Positions 1 through 12,855 of a DNA stretch of 64,000 bases are shown in pieces. This DNA comes from the human T2T-CHM13v2.0 reference genome, Homo sapiens, in the NCBI RefSeq assembly GCF_009914755.1, contig NC_060926.1; one strand, 5' to 3'. Each line of letters opens with the position of its first letter. The stretch's first letter is position 1. The notes beneath the pieces were generated by a model that made no database searches, was not told where the DNA came from, and worked only from the letters and a program-made list of their open reading frames with translations. A program made the position numbers and the translations under genes.

Positions 1-508
1 AGGGGTCGTCTTTATAATTTTCATTGGATAATTAAATTGGAAACATTGTTCCGTAAAATTCCCCAAATAAAATAATGAATCATCATCATTCTTAATCCTA
101 AAATAAGAATATGATGTCAATAAGAGTATTATGTCTTAGCCTAACTGCTCATATAAAATGAAGTAGTTGTATCACAATAGTAGGTAGCTTCAACCACTTG
201 CTACAGTATCATGACAGTTCAGAATCAAGGCTGTGTTCAAATCCAACCGTCATGTTGGAGAAAAATCTCTTAGGAGATTGTAGATTTCACTTTGTATTCC
301 TGTCAGCACATTCAGGGAGGACCCAGTTGGACACCTTGGACAACTGAATATTATACTGGCTAGAACACATGTGTTAAGGACACACACCAAAAGAGAATTC
401 TTGGCCAGACACCACGTGGGAGTGTCAGGATGAAGGCAGCAGTTGGTGCCCCTTTTATGTACCTGCTGACTAAAGAATTACTTTCTGCATGCAGCAGATA
501 CTTCCAGA

Positions 509-567
509 AGGGAGGGAGGGAGGGAGGGACGGATGGATCGTAGGTGGGTGGGTGGGTGGATGGATGG
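509..567 (+). repeat. compound (GGGA)n/(GGAT)n/(GGGT)n simple repeat, G-quadruplex-capable
   Basis: gggagggagggagggaggg and gggtgggtgggtgg read directly. Confidence 0.85.
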
Positions 568-935
568 AGAAACAAATGAGTACACAGATAAACCAACAAA
601 ATCTCCTTCACTTTCCTATTCATGGAGTTGCACATTCATCTTTTTATTGTGGTGTACCACTCTCCCTAATTAAATCAACAGTCATGTCATTGAGATTCTG
701 AGAGCCACATCCTAGAAGCACGTAAGTGCTTGGGCAACTCTCTGCCTTGGTCATGAGTAAGTGGTGGTAATGGCCACAGGGAGCTAATTACCCATCACTC
801 CAGGAATCTTTGAGAGCAAAAGTCAAGTCATTCTGTTTAATAGCAATATCACTTTATTGACCCTTGGTCTGAGTGCTTGGGCATCATTTGAGACTTTGTG
901 ATTTTCTGACCTCTGACAAAATTTTAATTACCCAG

Positions 936-1057
936 GAAGAATAAGCACGGCTGTGACATCTGTCGCTGTAAGAAATGTCCAGAGCTCTCATGCAGTAAGA
1001 TCTGCCCCTTGGGTTTCCAGCAGGACAGTCACGGCTGTCTTATCTGCAAGTGCAGAG
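936..1057 (+). CDS. CRIM1: CRIM1 coding exon (~exon 10), antistasin-like repeats KNKHGCDICRCKKCPELSCSKICPLGFQQDSHGCLICKCR
   Basis: acceptor cccag|G at 935/936, donor AGAG|gtaagt at 1057/1058; 122 nt, phase 2-1; translation matches CRIM1 as I recall it; the ORF track shows only another frame here. Confidence 0.96.
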
Positions 1058-2218
1058 GTAAGTGTGTACACATGGCCCTTCCCCCTCAAAGCAGCCAGGG
1101 GCACCGAAACAAGGAACATAAGGACACCCTGTAATGAAATGGTTTCGGTGGTTGCTGCCTATTCTAACACAAATGTCAGTCTCTGTGGGACCGTCCCACA
1201 GGACTCCCTTTTCCTTTCATTTTTATGAAGTAAAAGCTCAGAATAGAATGTAAAGTAAGTATATGATGGACAAGCACATTGACTAAATTAATCACTTCCT
1301 AGCTCTTTTTACTTCTATCAGGAACTTTAGCCTAAAGCACAATTATCTGAACCTCTATAGAGCTTCTCTCTGTTCAGGAGTAAGATTAATAAAACTGCAA
1401 CAGTAAATAGCCCCATTTCAAAGTTCTAGAGGGTGGGTATAGCTCAGAAGTTAGCTGCTGTATTTCCAGATAACAGTTTTCCATGAGAATTTAGCCTTTG
1501 GCTGAATAAGCACATGCCAGCCCACAGCTGTGAATAAGCACAGAGCCTGGATATCCCTGCTGCCTGAGGCTTCTCCAGGGAGCTTCCTGAAGCCACTGAG
1601 CATGCACCCTGACCGCCGTTTCTGCCTTTACCCCAGCTCCAGCCCTGCTGCCTATCCCTTTTTATGTTGTACTTGTCAGCATGATGCACAGATTAAACTA
1701 TAAAAGATTCCTAAACTTTGTTTTACGATTTTTCAAAACTGGACAGTTACCACCTTAATGGTGTTTCTAAGGGGTTGGAGTAAACAAAAATCTAGTCACT
1801 GCTTTAATTGTTCTGCTGAACAAAACTCTGTTATTTGCAAGGGGCCCAGGATGTCCCCATTGGATGAAGCTTCTAGAGCGATTTTTCTGAATACATTCAA
1901 CATATTTGTAAAATTTGTTATAAAATCAGTGCTTGTTTATTGTATAAAATATGAGAAAGTACAGTGGAAGGAATAAAAAATCAGCGATCATCCCACGAAT
2001 TGGAGAGAAACTATTTGCCGGTTTTTTTCTCTCTTTTCTTTTTTCAAGATTGAGAACATACTGACTTAAATTCTTTTCATGAACATGTCCCATGTCACAA
2101 ACTGTCCTGTGTTAGACGTAATTGTTGGTGGCTGGGGTCCAGTCCATGTACAGACTCTGTAGCCTGTTTCTCCTGTGCAGTAGCCACTTCTTTACCAGGC
2201 TGCCTTTTGTCTGTCCAG

Positions 2219-2428
2219 AGGCCTCTGCTTCAGCTGGGCCACCCATCCTGTCGGGCACTTGTCTCACCGTGGATGGTCATCATCATAAAAATGAGGAGAG
2301 CTGGCACGATGGGTGCCGGGAATGCTACTGTCTCAATGGACGGGAAATGTGTGCCCTGATCACCTGCCCGGTGCCTGCCTGTGGCAACCCCACCATTCAC
2401 CCTGGACAGTGCTGCCCATCATGTGCAG
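2219..2428 (+). CDS. CRIM1: CRIM1 coding exon (~exon 11), vWC domain EASASAGPPILSGTCLTVDG...GQCCPSCA
   Basis: ctgtccag|AG acceptor, GCAG|gtaaaa donor; 210 nt, phase 1-1; W..C..CxC...C..C...CCPxC vWC signature. Confidence 0.97.
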
Positions 2429-5400
2429 GTAAAAGCTGGCTGCCATCTGTGTGCTCCATAAGCAAATGACTTCTGCCTTGCAGGGCCCTAGACACATTTG
2501 TAACTCTGGGGAGGTTGGAGGGGACAACCCCTGGAACACTTTTCAGCACTGTGTGGTTTTTGTCAACCACCACCACAGAATCATCCAGGCACTATCAGTG
2601 AAGAACCAAAGACCAGAGAAAATTCTATCATTGTAGAAATGGCTCTCCTCCTTTTTGAATGATTGACTCAGTTATGTAAGGTCTTTGGACTACATTTTTG
2701 TAAAGGTTTGTGGGCTGATGTTCTTACATTCCAGCTCTCCATTTTATTGATAGCATATTAAGTCTGAATGTCCTCATTAATATGAGGGGATTGGTACTAG
2801 TTTTATCCCATAAAACCTTATCACATTTAAAGTAATGTTTGAGAGGGAGAAACTTTTTGAAGTCTGTGGCTATTGCTCTTTTTTAAATTAATAGACATGT
2901 GGCACTCTTGCCAAATGGAGAGATTTAGAGTGACCACACGTCCAAAACATTTAAAATCATAATCATGGTAATCAGGATAAGTTACTAGAAAACCAGAACA
3001 GATTTGTAATTCAAGGGAGTCTGAATTATGATTGTCAATAACAGTAATTATAACCATAAACTTCATCTAGTACGTTTTATCCAAAGAGCTCAACACAGTC
3101 TTATATCTATTATTTCCCTCTCTGTGCAGGCCACTTTGAGTTAGGGAAAAACACATTGAGGCAGTTTCTCATTTGGAAAACAGACACAGAAAGATTGACT
3201 GTCTTACCAAGAGTAAAATAGTATGTCCACCAAAAGGCCTGGGAGAAATGAAGTCTCTCAAATCTTGTATCAGATTTCTTTCAAAGTTAAGTCTACTGTC
3301 AGATTTTGGAGGATGATTGTTTTTCCTCTGGTCAGTCCAGGTCCTGTATCTCCCTGTGCGTGAGTCCACCTGTGCAAAAGGTGTAGCCGGGAGCCTGAGG
3401 CCTGGTCCTTGTGCAACAAGACTAGCCTGGGAGGGAAACTGACCTTGTTCGCCATGGTTGGGGAGCAGGGGAGAGGGACACTTGAAGTCCCTTTCAGCTC
3501 TGAGATTCTGCACAGCTCAATAGCTACAGTATCAGAGTGACAGGCAGCTCCCATACCTTGTAGAAAACGAGATTACAATGCAGAAGAGATGACTCTTTTT
3601 ATTTTGTTTTGTTTCCCTGTAGTTCAGTTAGAGGTGCTCCATGTCAGAACTCTTTCCTTTTTTCCGATATTTTGCTAGTTAAGTGTGAAAAACTGCTAGA
3701 GTCCCCTGCATAAGAAGGTAAATGAGGACTTTAATATGATAGAACTCTGTGTTGACTCTTTGGGGAGGGAAAAATCATGTGTTTGCATGAAGACCCCTGC
3801 TTTAATTATAGGTGTGAATGCATAGAGGAGGGATTTGTACCTGGGTCTTTGCTAAACATGTCCTCAATGAAGAATTCTAACAGCTAGATTGGTAGAAATG
3901 CAAAGACATTAAGAATGGATAATTGACCTGAGAACTGAAAATCAGTAGAACCAGAAAGATCTTTCTCTATTACAGAGTCATGGAAAGTTCTTACGTAAGC
4001 ACACGTGAAGTTGTTGTTGATACCTTACTGTGGGTGTGTCAACATCTGGATATACGTGTATGAAAACACATTTCTGTAGATGGATGTGTAGAGGTAAATG
4101 TTTTCTGCAAATCTTTAGCATGTTGCCACATAAGCCTCCTTCTGATTAGAGACTCCAGAGCTGTTGCATTCACGGACTCCTACTTTAAAGAATATTTTTC
4201 TCCCCTCTTCATTCCAAGATCAGCTGTTTTTCTTCTTGGGATACATGAGTATCTCCCGAACTCTTCTAATGAATATTTACTAAATGATAGTGTCTCTCAG
4301 ATTTTCTGTCTTCCATACACTCTACATTTGAGTTTCTCTTTTGTCTCCATGTCTCTGGCCCCTCTTGTGTTTTGCCTTGAGGCATATCGTACGGCAAAAA
4401 GGTGAGCCAGAAAGCATACCTGCAAACACGCACGTCAGATTTCTTCTGACCACTTCCGTACATGTCAGCATTTAACAAGGCAGTAATTGTCAGTCCTCTC
4501 TAAGCCCTTTTTGAAAGCAATAAGGGAGGCTTTTGCTATATTCATTTATCGATACTCTTTGGGACTTTTTGTTTCTCTGTAAACCACAGATGCACATTTA
4601 CCATCTTGTTCAGCACAGTTTTCATTGTAATTCTCTTCCTCTCTCTTGTTCTTATACTGGAAAGTTGGTTACAGTTGCTTGTGAATGTAAGCATTGATTG
4701 ATGAGTATCAGTTTTCTGTGATACTGTCCCTGGGTCTAAGTTCCAGCCTTTTGTAATTCCCTTGAGATAAAGCTGTATTAGAAGTTGTTACCCTCTTAAC
4801 TGGAAATCAGCCCACATCACTTAATTTCATTAGTATTGTTGACTCTCATGCTAACCACCACTTTGAAAGTCATAGCCCCAATTCACTCCTAAGAAGATTT
4901 CAGCTCTGAGCATCTCTGCATATATGGGCCCATTCTGGGGCGTGACTTCCACTGAGCTCCAAGCATGAGCTAGCCGTGATGTCTCCAGACTCTTTCTCGG
5001 CGGGATTCAACACTGTCAACACATTCCTGAAGTGCTTGTTGCATTTGGATTACGTGACTATGGTTAATGTCTTCATACTTCTCATTTCCCCAGCAAAACT
5101 TCAGGGCAACTCCCAGCCCCTCTTCAGACATTTTCAACATTAAATTCCCTCTCTATCAGTGTCATCTCTCCAAGAGACCAAAACTACCTCTCCTCTGGGG
5201 AAAGAAATGATAGTTTTCACCAGCCTGCCAGCATTTACCTCTCTTCATGATGATATTGCCAAGCACATGTTTAGTCTCAGGTGAGGGTTTTCAGACTGTT
5301 GATTCTACAGGAGCATTCCTGCTCAGTTTGCTGGCAGCTGGCTTAGATTGGGGTGTGGCCTGCTCGACAGCAGGACATATTTCCAAGCATAAAAGTACTC

Positions 5401-5489
5401 AGGATCCCAGAAATAATAAAGCAGATAGGGCATCGATCATTTGGAAGTTTTATTTAATCTGGAGACATATCCATGATCCAAACAACCAT

Positions 5490-5640
5490 AGACTTGGGTT
5501 GCAGTTTCCCTCGTCTCTCCCTGAGCTCTCAGTTTCCTCATGCATAAAATAAGGTGACTGTAAGGAATAAATGAAATAACACATGTGAAGTGCTTAGCAT
5601 GGAAATAACTGAACCGTACCAAGTATTCTGTAAATGAGAG
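5490..5640 (+). mobile_element. MIR SINE fragment
   Basis: MIR core ctcagtttcctcat...taaaat...aaatgaaataacacatgtgaagtgcttagca; boundaries approximate. Confidence 0.7.
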
Positions 5641-5989
5641 ATCTGAATCCGAGACAGTTCCTACACATTCACAGAAATGCCAGAAGAGGCCCCTGTTCTC
5701 ATCTCTAGAGTGGGAGTCCCCTCCCTGTAATTTAATGATCTTATTGAATTCTCTTATTACTGTTGACAGACTTAAACCACTTGAACCTCACGTCCTAATA
5801 TTAGCTCTTTTGCCATTGTCTTCTGTTTCCATGCATGGAATATTTTCTTCACTATTCTCTTAATAAGAATAGAGCGAGATGCTCTTCACAGTTCATCTCT
5901 TCTATCCCTTAAAGCAAACAGCACCAGGCTTTCAAGAGTTGGAAAGATTGCAGATGAATAATGTGTTCTGATTTTGTGTCATTTCCCAG

Positions 5990-6205
5990 ATGACTTTGTG
6001 GTGCAGAAGCCAGAGCTCAGTACTCCCTCCATTTGCCACGCCCCTGGAGGAGAATACTTTGTGGAAGGAGAAACGTGGAACATTGACTCCTGTACTCAGT
6101 GCACCTGCCACAGCGGACGGGTGCTGTGTGAGACAGAGGTGTGCCCACCGCTGCTCTGCCAGAACCCCTCACGCACCCAGGATTCCTGCTGCCCACAGTG
6201 TACAG
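5990..6205 (+). CDS. CRIM1: CRIM1 coding exon (~exon 12), vWC domain DDFVVQKPELSTPSICHAPGG...DSCCPQCT
   Basis: atttcccag|AT acceptor, ACAG|gtaagc donor; 216 nt, phase 1-1; vWC cysteine pattern. Confidence 0.97.
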
Positions 6206-9200
6206 GTAAGCGACACCATGCCTTGTGGGTGCTTGGTGGGGAAGGATGCAGCTCTGGGTGTTGTCATTCTGTGGGACCCACAGGGCAGGATCAGCCCCAT
6301 ATGGGAGTGTGCCAAACCCAGTATCCCATCAGGAACAGCTGGCAGCCTGCTTCCTGCATGTATTCTCTTTATCAACCACCTATTTATGCAGTCAGCATGC
6401 CTCACACCTGAGATGACTGTGAAACAAAAAAGGAGACTGTTGCTCTTGCCAATTTTTTTCCTTAACCCTGCATCTCAAACTCGAGGCGTATACCTAAGTA
6501 GAGAAAGTCCCACCGCACCAAATTAACCAAACGATTCTGTTACTGTGAAAAGTCATCTTTATGTAACAAATGAGAAGAATAGTTATTTATAAATAATGTA
6601 AACAAAATTCTTTGTAAATAAAATTCTTTGAAATATAAGGGTGGCGAAGAGACTTTGAAATATGCATAATGCCACCCCCTCCAAGTTGGGATGATTAGTA
6701 AGTTAATGCCAAAAAGCATTAAGTGACTAGCACTGCACATGTATAAGGAGTGCTATTATTTTCTACTTTTTATTTCTCAGATAATCTGACCTTAGCAGGT
6801 AAATGTATGGCCATGAAACTTGTTAGAAGGAAATTTGTCAAGATGTTAATCATAAGTTACTGGTTTTATATAACTTTAGTAGTACTTTTAATTAATACTA
6901 GATGTGACTTTTTCAAAAGATATTTAAATATAAAATTATCAAGTTGACAGGACTAGTTTTGTTTTGTTGTTGTTGCTTCTTATTCCCATATTTCAACTTA
7001 AATCAATAACCATTTACTTTCTAAACATATTCTTAGAGCATTTCTGCTCAGCAAAACATAAACCCTTGTATTTTATTACTTCTTTTTTTTAACATTGGAT
7101 TATCTAGTCAGCTGGCCAGAATCTGTTGTTCCGTCATTATGTGCAGCATCATCAGTGTCTAAATTTTTTATAAGTTTATGTTGATGGCATTTTTGGAATT
7201 GATCAGATGAACTTATAGGGATAGCCACATTACTGGCTGTTGTCATCATGCACGGCAGCCCAAGTATTACCATTTTAGTACAGAACTGTTAATCTGAGAA
7301 GCTTAATTAGCACTACAGCTTTTCTAGTATAAGAAATAGTTCATATGTGTTACATTTTTAGGATATGCATGACCTATGATTTCCTAATTTGTTGTCATCA
7401 CAATTCACTCAGATTCAAACCCTACTGATGTTTTTTGTTAATATATAGCAGTGACTTTACTTACATCACCTTGGTAGAAACTACTTAGAGTGATCTTTTC
7501 CTTGGTGATAATGAATTTATGTACTTTTAGCTATTTAGTTTACAAATATTTGTAGAATGCCTGAATTGAACTATGGGGATTCCAAGGTTAATGAAAACAG
7601 ACATGATTCCTGTCCTGGAGCAATAGCCGAAAAGCCAAACAATCCAATATTCCACGTTAAGTCAATAATGATAAAGTAAGAGGTGTGCCTTGAAAGGGAG
7701 GATTCAAGAACATAGGCAATCCGGGAAACTAAAGCAGCAAATACCCCTGGTGCTATTTGTGTTAGGATCTGAGTGATGAACTTAGGGATTAACTAAGGGA
7801 GTGGCACTGGGGGAGGAAATGCCTCCAGGACCACTAGCTGAAATTCATTGATGGGACACCTTACTGAACTCAGAGGTTCCACCCATAAAGAGAAGGAGAG
7901 CTATGTGGAGGTGGGAACCTCTGAGTATGCTAACATGGGTGGCATGTGCAGAGGCCCATGGGTTCTAGCCAAGCAAGGCAGTGGTAGTCCTGCATTCCTT
8001 TCCATCTTTCCAAAGAACAGGCAACCCCTCATGTGCCTGGCTTTGACTTCTCATTCATTAACTTAGGCCTGGATTTTTTTCTTTACCTCTAACTAAAGGA
8101 TGTTTCTGGACTTTTTCATTCATCGTTGTATTGAGATACAAAAAAATAAAAAGCCTTAAAACTCAAATTATCAGTTTCTTCCCATCACAGTAATTCTCAA
8201 CAGTGGCATTGATAAGTGGCATATTACACATGTAGAAAAATATCATCTCTAATCTTAGGACACTTGCATTCTAAAATGGCCCAAAAGTCATAGCTCCACA
8301 GTGGGATAACAGCTTCCAAAGGGTCGAATCCCTCATGATGCTTCCATCTGTAGGGTGCCTTGTCATTTCCTCTCTTCAGCTTTCCCTCTTCTCTGGCCTG
8401 GTTTAAAGCAAGGTCTGGTGAGGAAATGAGGAAAGATTGCACATCACTGCAAGTGAAGCTACTTCACCAGCATACAAAAGGGAGAGGGTAAAATAGCACT
8501 TGTTTCTTTCCATAAGTTTAAAATTTTCTTTCCTTTATTTTTAGAGTTGGAAAAAAGCATGGCAGAGAAGAGCGAGGGAGGTAGAAAATAGAAAAAAGGA
8601 AACACTGAAAACAGTGAAAACACTGGTAAAGATCAAATAAAGGAGTAAACGTTTGGAAACAGAAGTGTAAAGAAAAGGGTCTAGAGCAGGAAAAATGAGA
8701 AAAGAGGCCCAAAGAAGGGAGATGCTGTGGGTAAGATTCCAAATGACATTGTCGGTCAGGGTTGGGCCAGGAGCCTCCTGCCTGGTGGAAGGAAACCTGC
8801 AGACTCTACCTCGGCTCCAGCCCTCACACCGTCACTGCCAGCGTATCCTGATGTCCTCTGGGTTATTTCCAGGCCTCAGTGAGAGCCCTGCAGATTCCAG
8901 GCTGTTCGTTTCACTGTCATTCCATAGCTTCAGCACGGCTGTCCCTTCTTCTTCTTTTCAGTTTTTAGACAGAGGTTGGGCAATGCTTGCATGAGCTAAG
9001 TTAACGTAAGTCACAAAAACCTCATGGAGATTTGCAGGGCCTAGTGTGAACAAGAGGGTGTTGTCCTTATTTCTAGCCAAAGCAAAAGTTAGCACTGGTC
9101 AGTCTCTTAGAGAAGAAATTATCCCTCGACGTAGATAACCACGAAAAGGTCATTGAGAAAGTCATCCCATCTTACTATCTCTAACCTATGTGGGTGGGAT

Positions 9201-10079
9201 CTGTGGAATCATATCTGTAATAGGACCTAGAGTACCATGGAGCCGTGGAACCAATGGCTGTTCTTCAACTTATGCCTGCTGCCTTTGGGACTAGTCATAG
9301 GAGATACAGTTACTCAGTTTAAAGGAGAGGGTATGGGCCAATCCCATTATGCTGGCTTTCCTGTCCCTCAGAGAAGGTCCACAATGAAGTAACTGCCTTG
9401 GTCCTCAAAAAGGCCCTTCTTGTCACATCCTGCTTACTGGCTGTGGGGTATATTCATGAGGTGGATAGAAGGAAAAAGTGGCATGTAGAGCTTCTGGATC
9501 ATATGGCAACTACATGTCTCAGTTGTTTCTGGTTCTTGACTAAAAATAACAGAGCTCATGAAGTTGGTTCTGGGAAGAACATACGACAACTCTTTTGATT
9601 GTGTATGCATTGAGAAAATGTGGCCCTCTTAGAGCTTTGCTAGGTAGGGCTGTCGTGGCTGTGTCTAGACTCTTGAGTGGTGAAGTTGATTAGAAGTGCT
9701 CTCTTATCAGTTGGACTATGACATTTCTAAACTGGAAACGCACCCACTTACATTTTCCTTTCTGATATCTCAATCATATTGCTGCTTGAAGTTACAATTT
9801 TCATTGATTTTAGTGGAAACCGATGCCCAAAGTGCTATCTGGATTTTCTGGTGACATTTTCTGTTGCAAGTTGTAACTAGATCTGGGGACTTCCAGGTCT
9901 CAGTCTTTAGATAGCAAAGACACAGATGATTTGCACATGATTTCTCTGTGGTTGCATCCTTATGAGTGATTTAGATTTCTTATCTTTCAGTCATTAATGT
10001 GAATTCCTGAACATTGGAATGTTGCATTTAGGTGGTTTTTGGTAGTCTGGTACAATGAGAATTTGTCTGAATATTGATT

Positions 10080-10550
10080 GGTCAAAATTGCATGTGGCCA
10101 CAAGTAAGAGAAAATCCAGCTACAATTTGTAAGTAAATAGAGGTCTATTTTACATATATGACAAGACATTTGGAGGCAGATGTTTATCAGCATTGATTCA
10201 GTGGCTCAGTGGGGTCAAGGCCTTTCTCTTCTGATAGGGGTGTCACAGCCGTGATCAACGCACTCCTATCAAGGCAGGAATAATGTGGAAGGATGATGGC
10301 AGAACATATCTACCCTTCTTTGAAGAAAGTGAAAGCTTTCCCAGAAATCCCTTCGTTAGCCATTAGGTCCCATTAGCTACGGCTAGATGATGGGGCCACC
10401 CTAGTTTCAAGGGAGCCTAGGAAAGCAGGGAACAGAATTGTCCCATTTACTTACATGCATTGTAATCCAAGTCCTGGGACTTCCCCAAAGAAAACCAGGA
10501 TTTCATTAAGGAAGAAAGAGCGGATGTTATATAAACAACTAACAGAATAA
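10080..10550. mobile_element. ancient MaLR LTR (MLT1J/K/L-like)
   Basis: motifs ctttcccagaa..ccc, cattagcta, caagggagcctaggaaag, aaggaagaaag...ggat...caactaacag typical of late MLT1 LTRs; subfamily uncertain. Confidence 0.55.
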
Positions 10551-10754
10551 CTGTAACATCTCTTTTTTGATCTTTGTTATTTTGTTTAAAAATTTAAGAC
10601 CCTTCCCGAATCATACTTTCTGATTTGTTACTGCGTCATGTATTTAAGGAGGCACCGAAAGCCATCATGACTGGGTGTGCTTTGAAACACACTATGTTGC
10701 ATAGTTGCTGGCCAACAGCATCTTCTTTGCTGACCTATATGTTCATTTTTCCAG

Positions 10755-10976
10755 ATCAACCTTTTCGGCCTTCCTTGTCCCGCAATAACAGCGTACCTAA
10801 TTACTGCAAAAATGATGAAGGGGATATATTCCTGGCAGCTGAGTCCTGGAAGCCTGACGTTTGTACCAGCTGCATCTGCATTGATAGCGTAATTAGCTGT
10901 TTCTCTGAGTCCTGCCCTTCTGTATCCTGTGAAAGACCTGTCTTGAGAAAAGGCCAGTGTTGTCCCTACTGCATAG
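10755..10976 (+). CDS. CRIM1: CRIM1 coding exon (~exon 13), vWC domain DQPFRPSLSRNNSVPNYCKND...GQCCPYCI
   Basis: atttttccag|AT acceptor, ATAG|gtaaga donor; 222 nt, phase 1-1. Confidence 0.97.
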
Positions 10977-11010
10977 GTAAGACCAAGGAAAAAAAAATCC
11001 CTCATCTCTA

Positions 11011-11830
<820 letters not shown>

Positions 11831-12623
11831 TAGAAACACCAAGTCTCATATTAGAGCCCACTTAGTGTATAAAGCTTGCTGCTGCCTTGAGATCAACTAA
11901 ATATGAAATATTAATTTAATCTCCCAGTTGTTCCTGTCTTCTGGCACTTAATGGATTCTGTTTCAACCACGTGGTTGTCCCTGTCAGTGGCCTAGGCACA
12001 CAGAGTGAGGCCTGAGTAACTCTAGAGCCCTCACCTTCTTGTGACCCGTGGTGGTGATGCATCTTTGTGAGCAGAGGATCTATGTATATTAGCACCTAAC
12101 ATCTGGAGCAAAACTAGTCCTATGGACATAAGCCAGATGCTGTTCCGAGGTCCAAAAGGTGAGACAGCTGGCAGTTCTATCAAGGACAGCCCGTGTTCCC
12201 TGGGCTTTCACCCTCTTTTAACGCTTTTGTGTCCAGTAAAGCTCAAAGTCAAATGAAAGACAATGACACGTCTTAATCAGATAGTGCACCTATAATCAGA
12301 GTAGCAGATGAAAAAGTTTACAGTCTGTACTAATTGCACATTTATTGTTGGGGATTTTCCATGTTTTCTAAACACAAGTCATTGCATATATCTGGAGTGA
12401 TAGATGGGGAATAAAGGAGATCTGGCTACACAGTTTTGTGGCATTTCTGATAGATAAGCTGAGGAATGGTGGCCATAACTCAAGCTCATGAGGACATCTC
12501 CCTGTCCTTGTCTTGTGACTTCTGGCCACTAGACAGGGCCACTCTGAGTCTTTTACTCTGCGTGTTGGTATATGAGATGGAAATGCCTGTTCTTAGGAAT
12601 TTTACACAGATTTTCTTACTGTA

Positions 12624-12701
12624 ATGGTCAAAGAGTAATAAAAGTTCTGTTTTAAAAGCTAGATGGCCAAAGAGTAATAAAAGTTCTGTTTTAAAAGCTA
12701 G
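12624..12701 (+). repeat. tandem duplication 2 x 39 bp, one mismatch
   Basis: ATGG(T/C)CAAAGAGTAATAAAAGTTCTGTTTTAAAAGCTAG twice. Confidence 0.95.
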
Positions 12702-12715
12702 ATTCTCTCTTTTAA

Positions 12716-12855
12716 TAGGGTTACCATCCATATAATTTATTCTTCAAACCACGATGCTTTTGAGAGTGAAAAGGGGGCTGTTAATAATTCTGATGGGACA
12801 ATAGTCATACATAGATCAGGAGTGTCCCAAGCAAACTGGATATGTGGTAGCCCTG
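12716..12855 (+). mobile_element. MER94-like hAT-Blackjack MITE
   Basis: termini AGGGTTACCA...TGGTAGCCCT; internal ttttgagagtgaaaagggggc..ttaataatt and tgtccc..gcaaac. Confidence 0.75.

Noticed and set aside
5990-6526. 178-aa ATG ORF in an alternative frame over CRIM1 exon 12
   Set aside because: The ATG is just the first bases of an internal exon; shadow frame of GC-rich coding sequence running into the intron.
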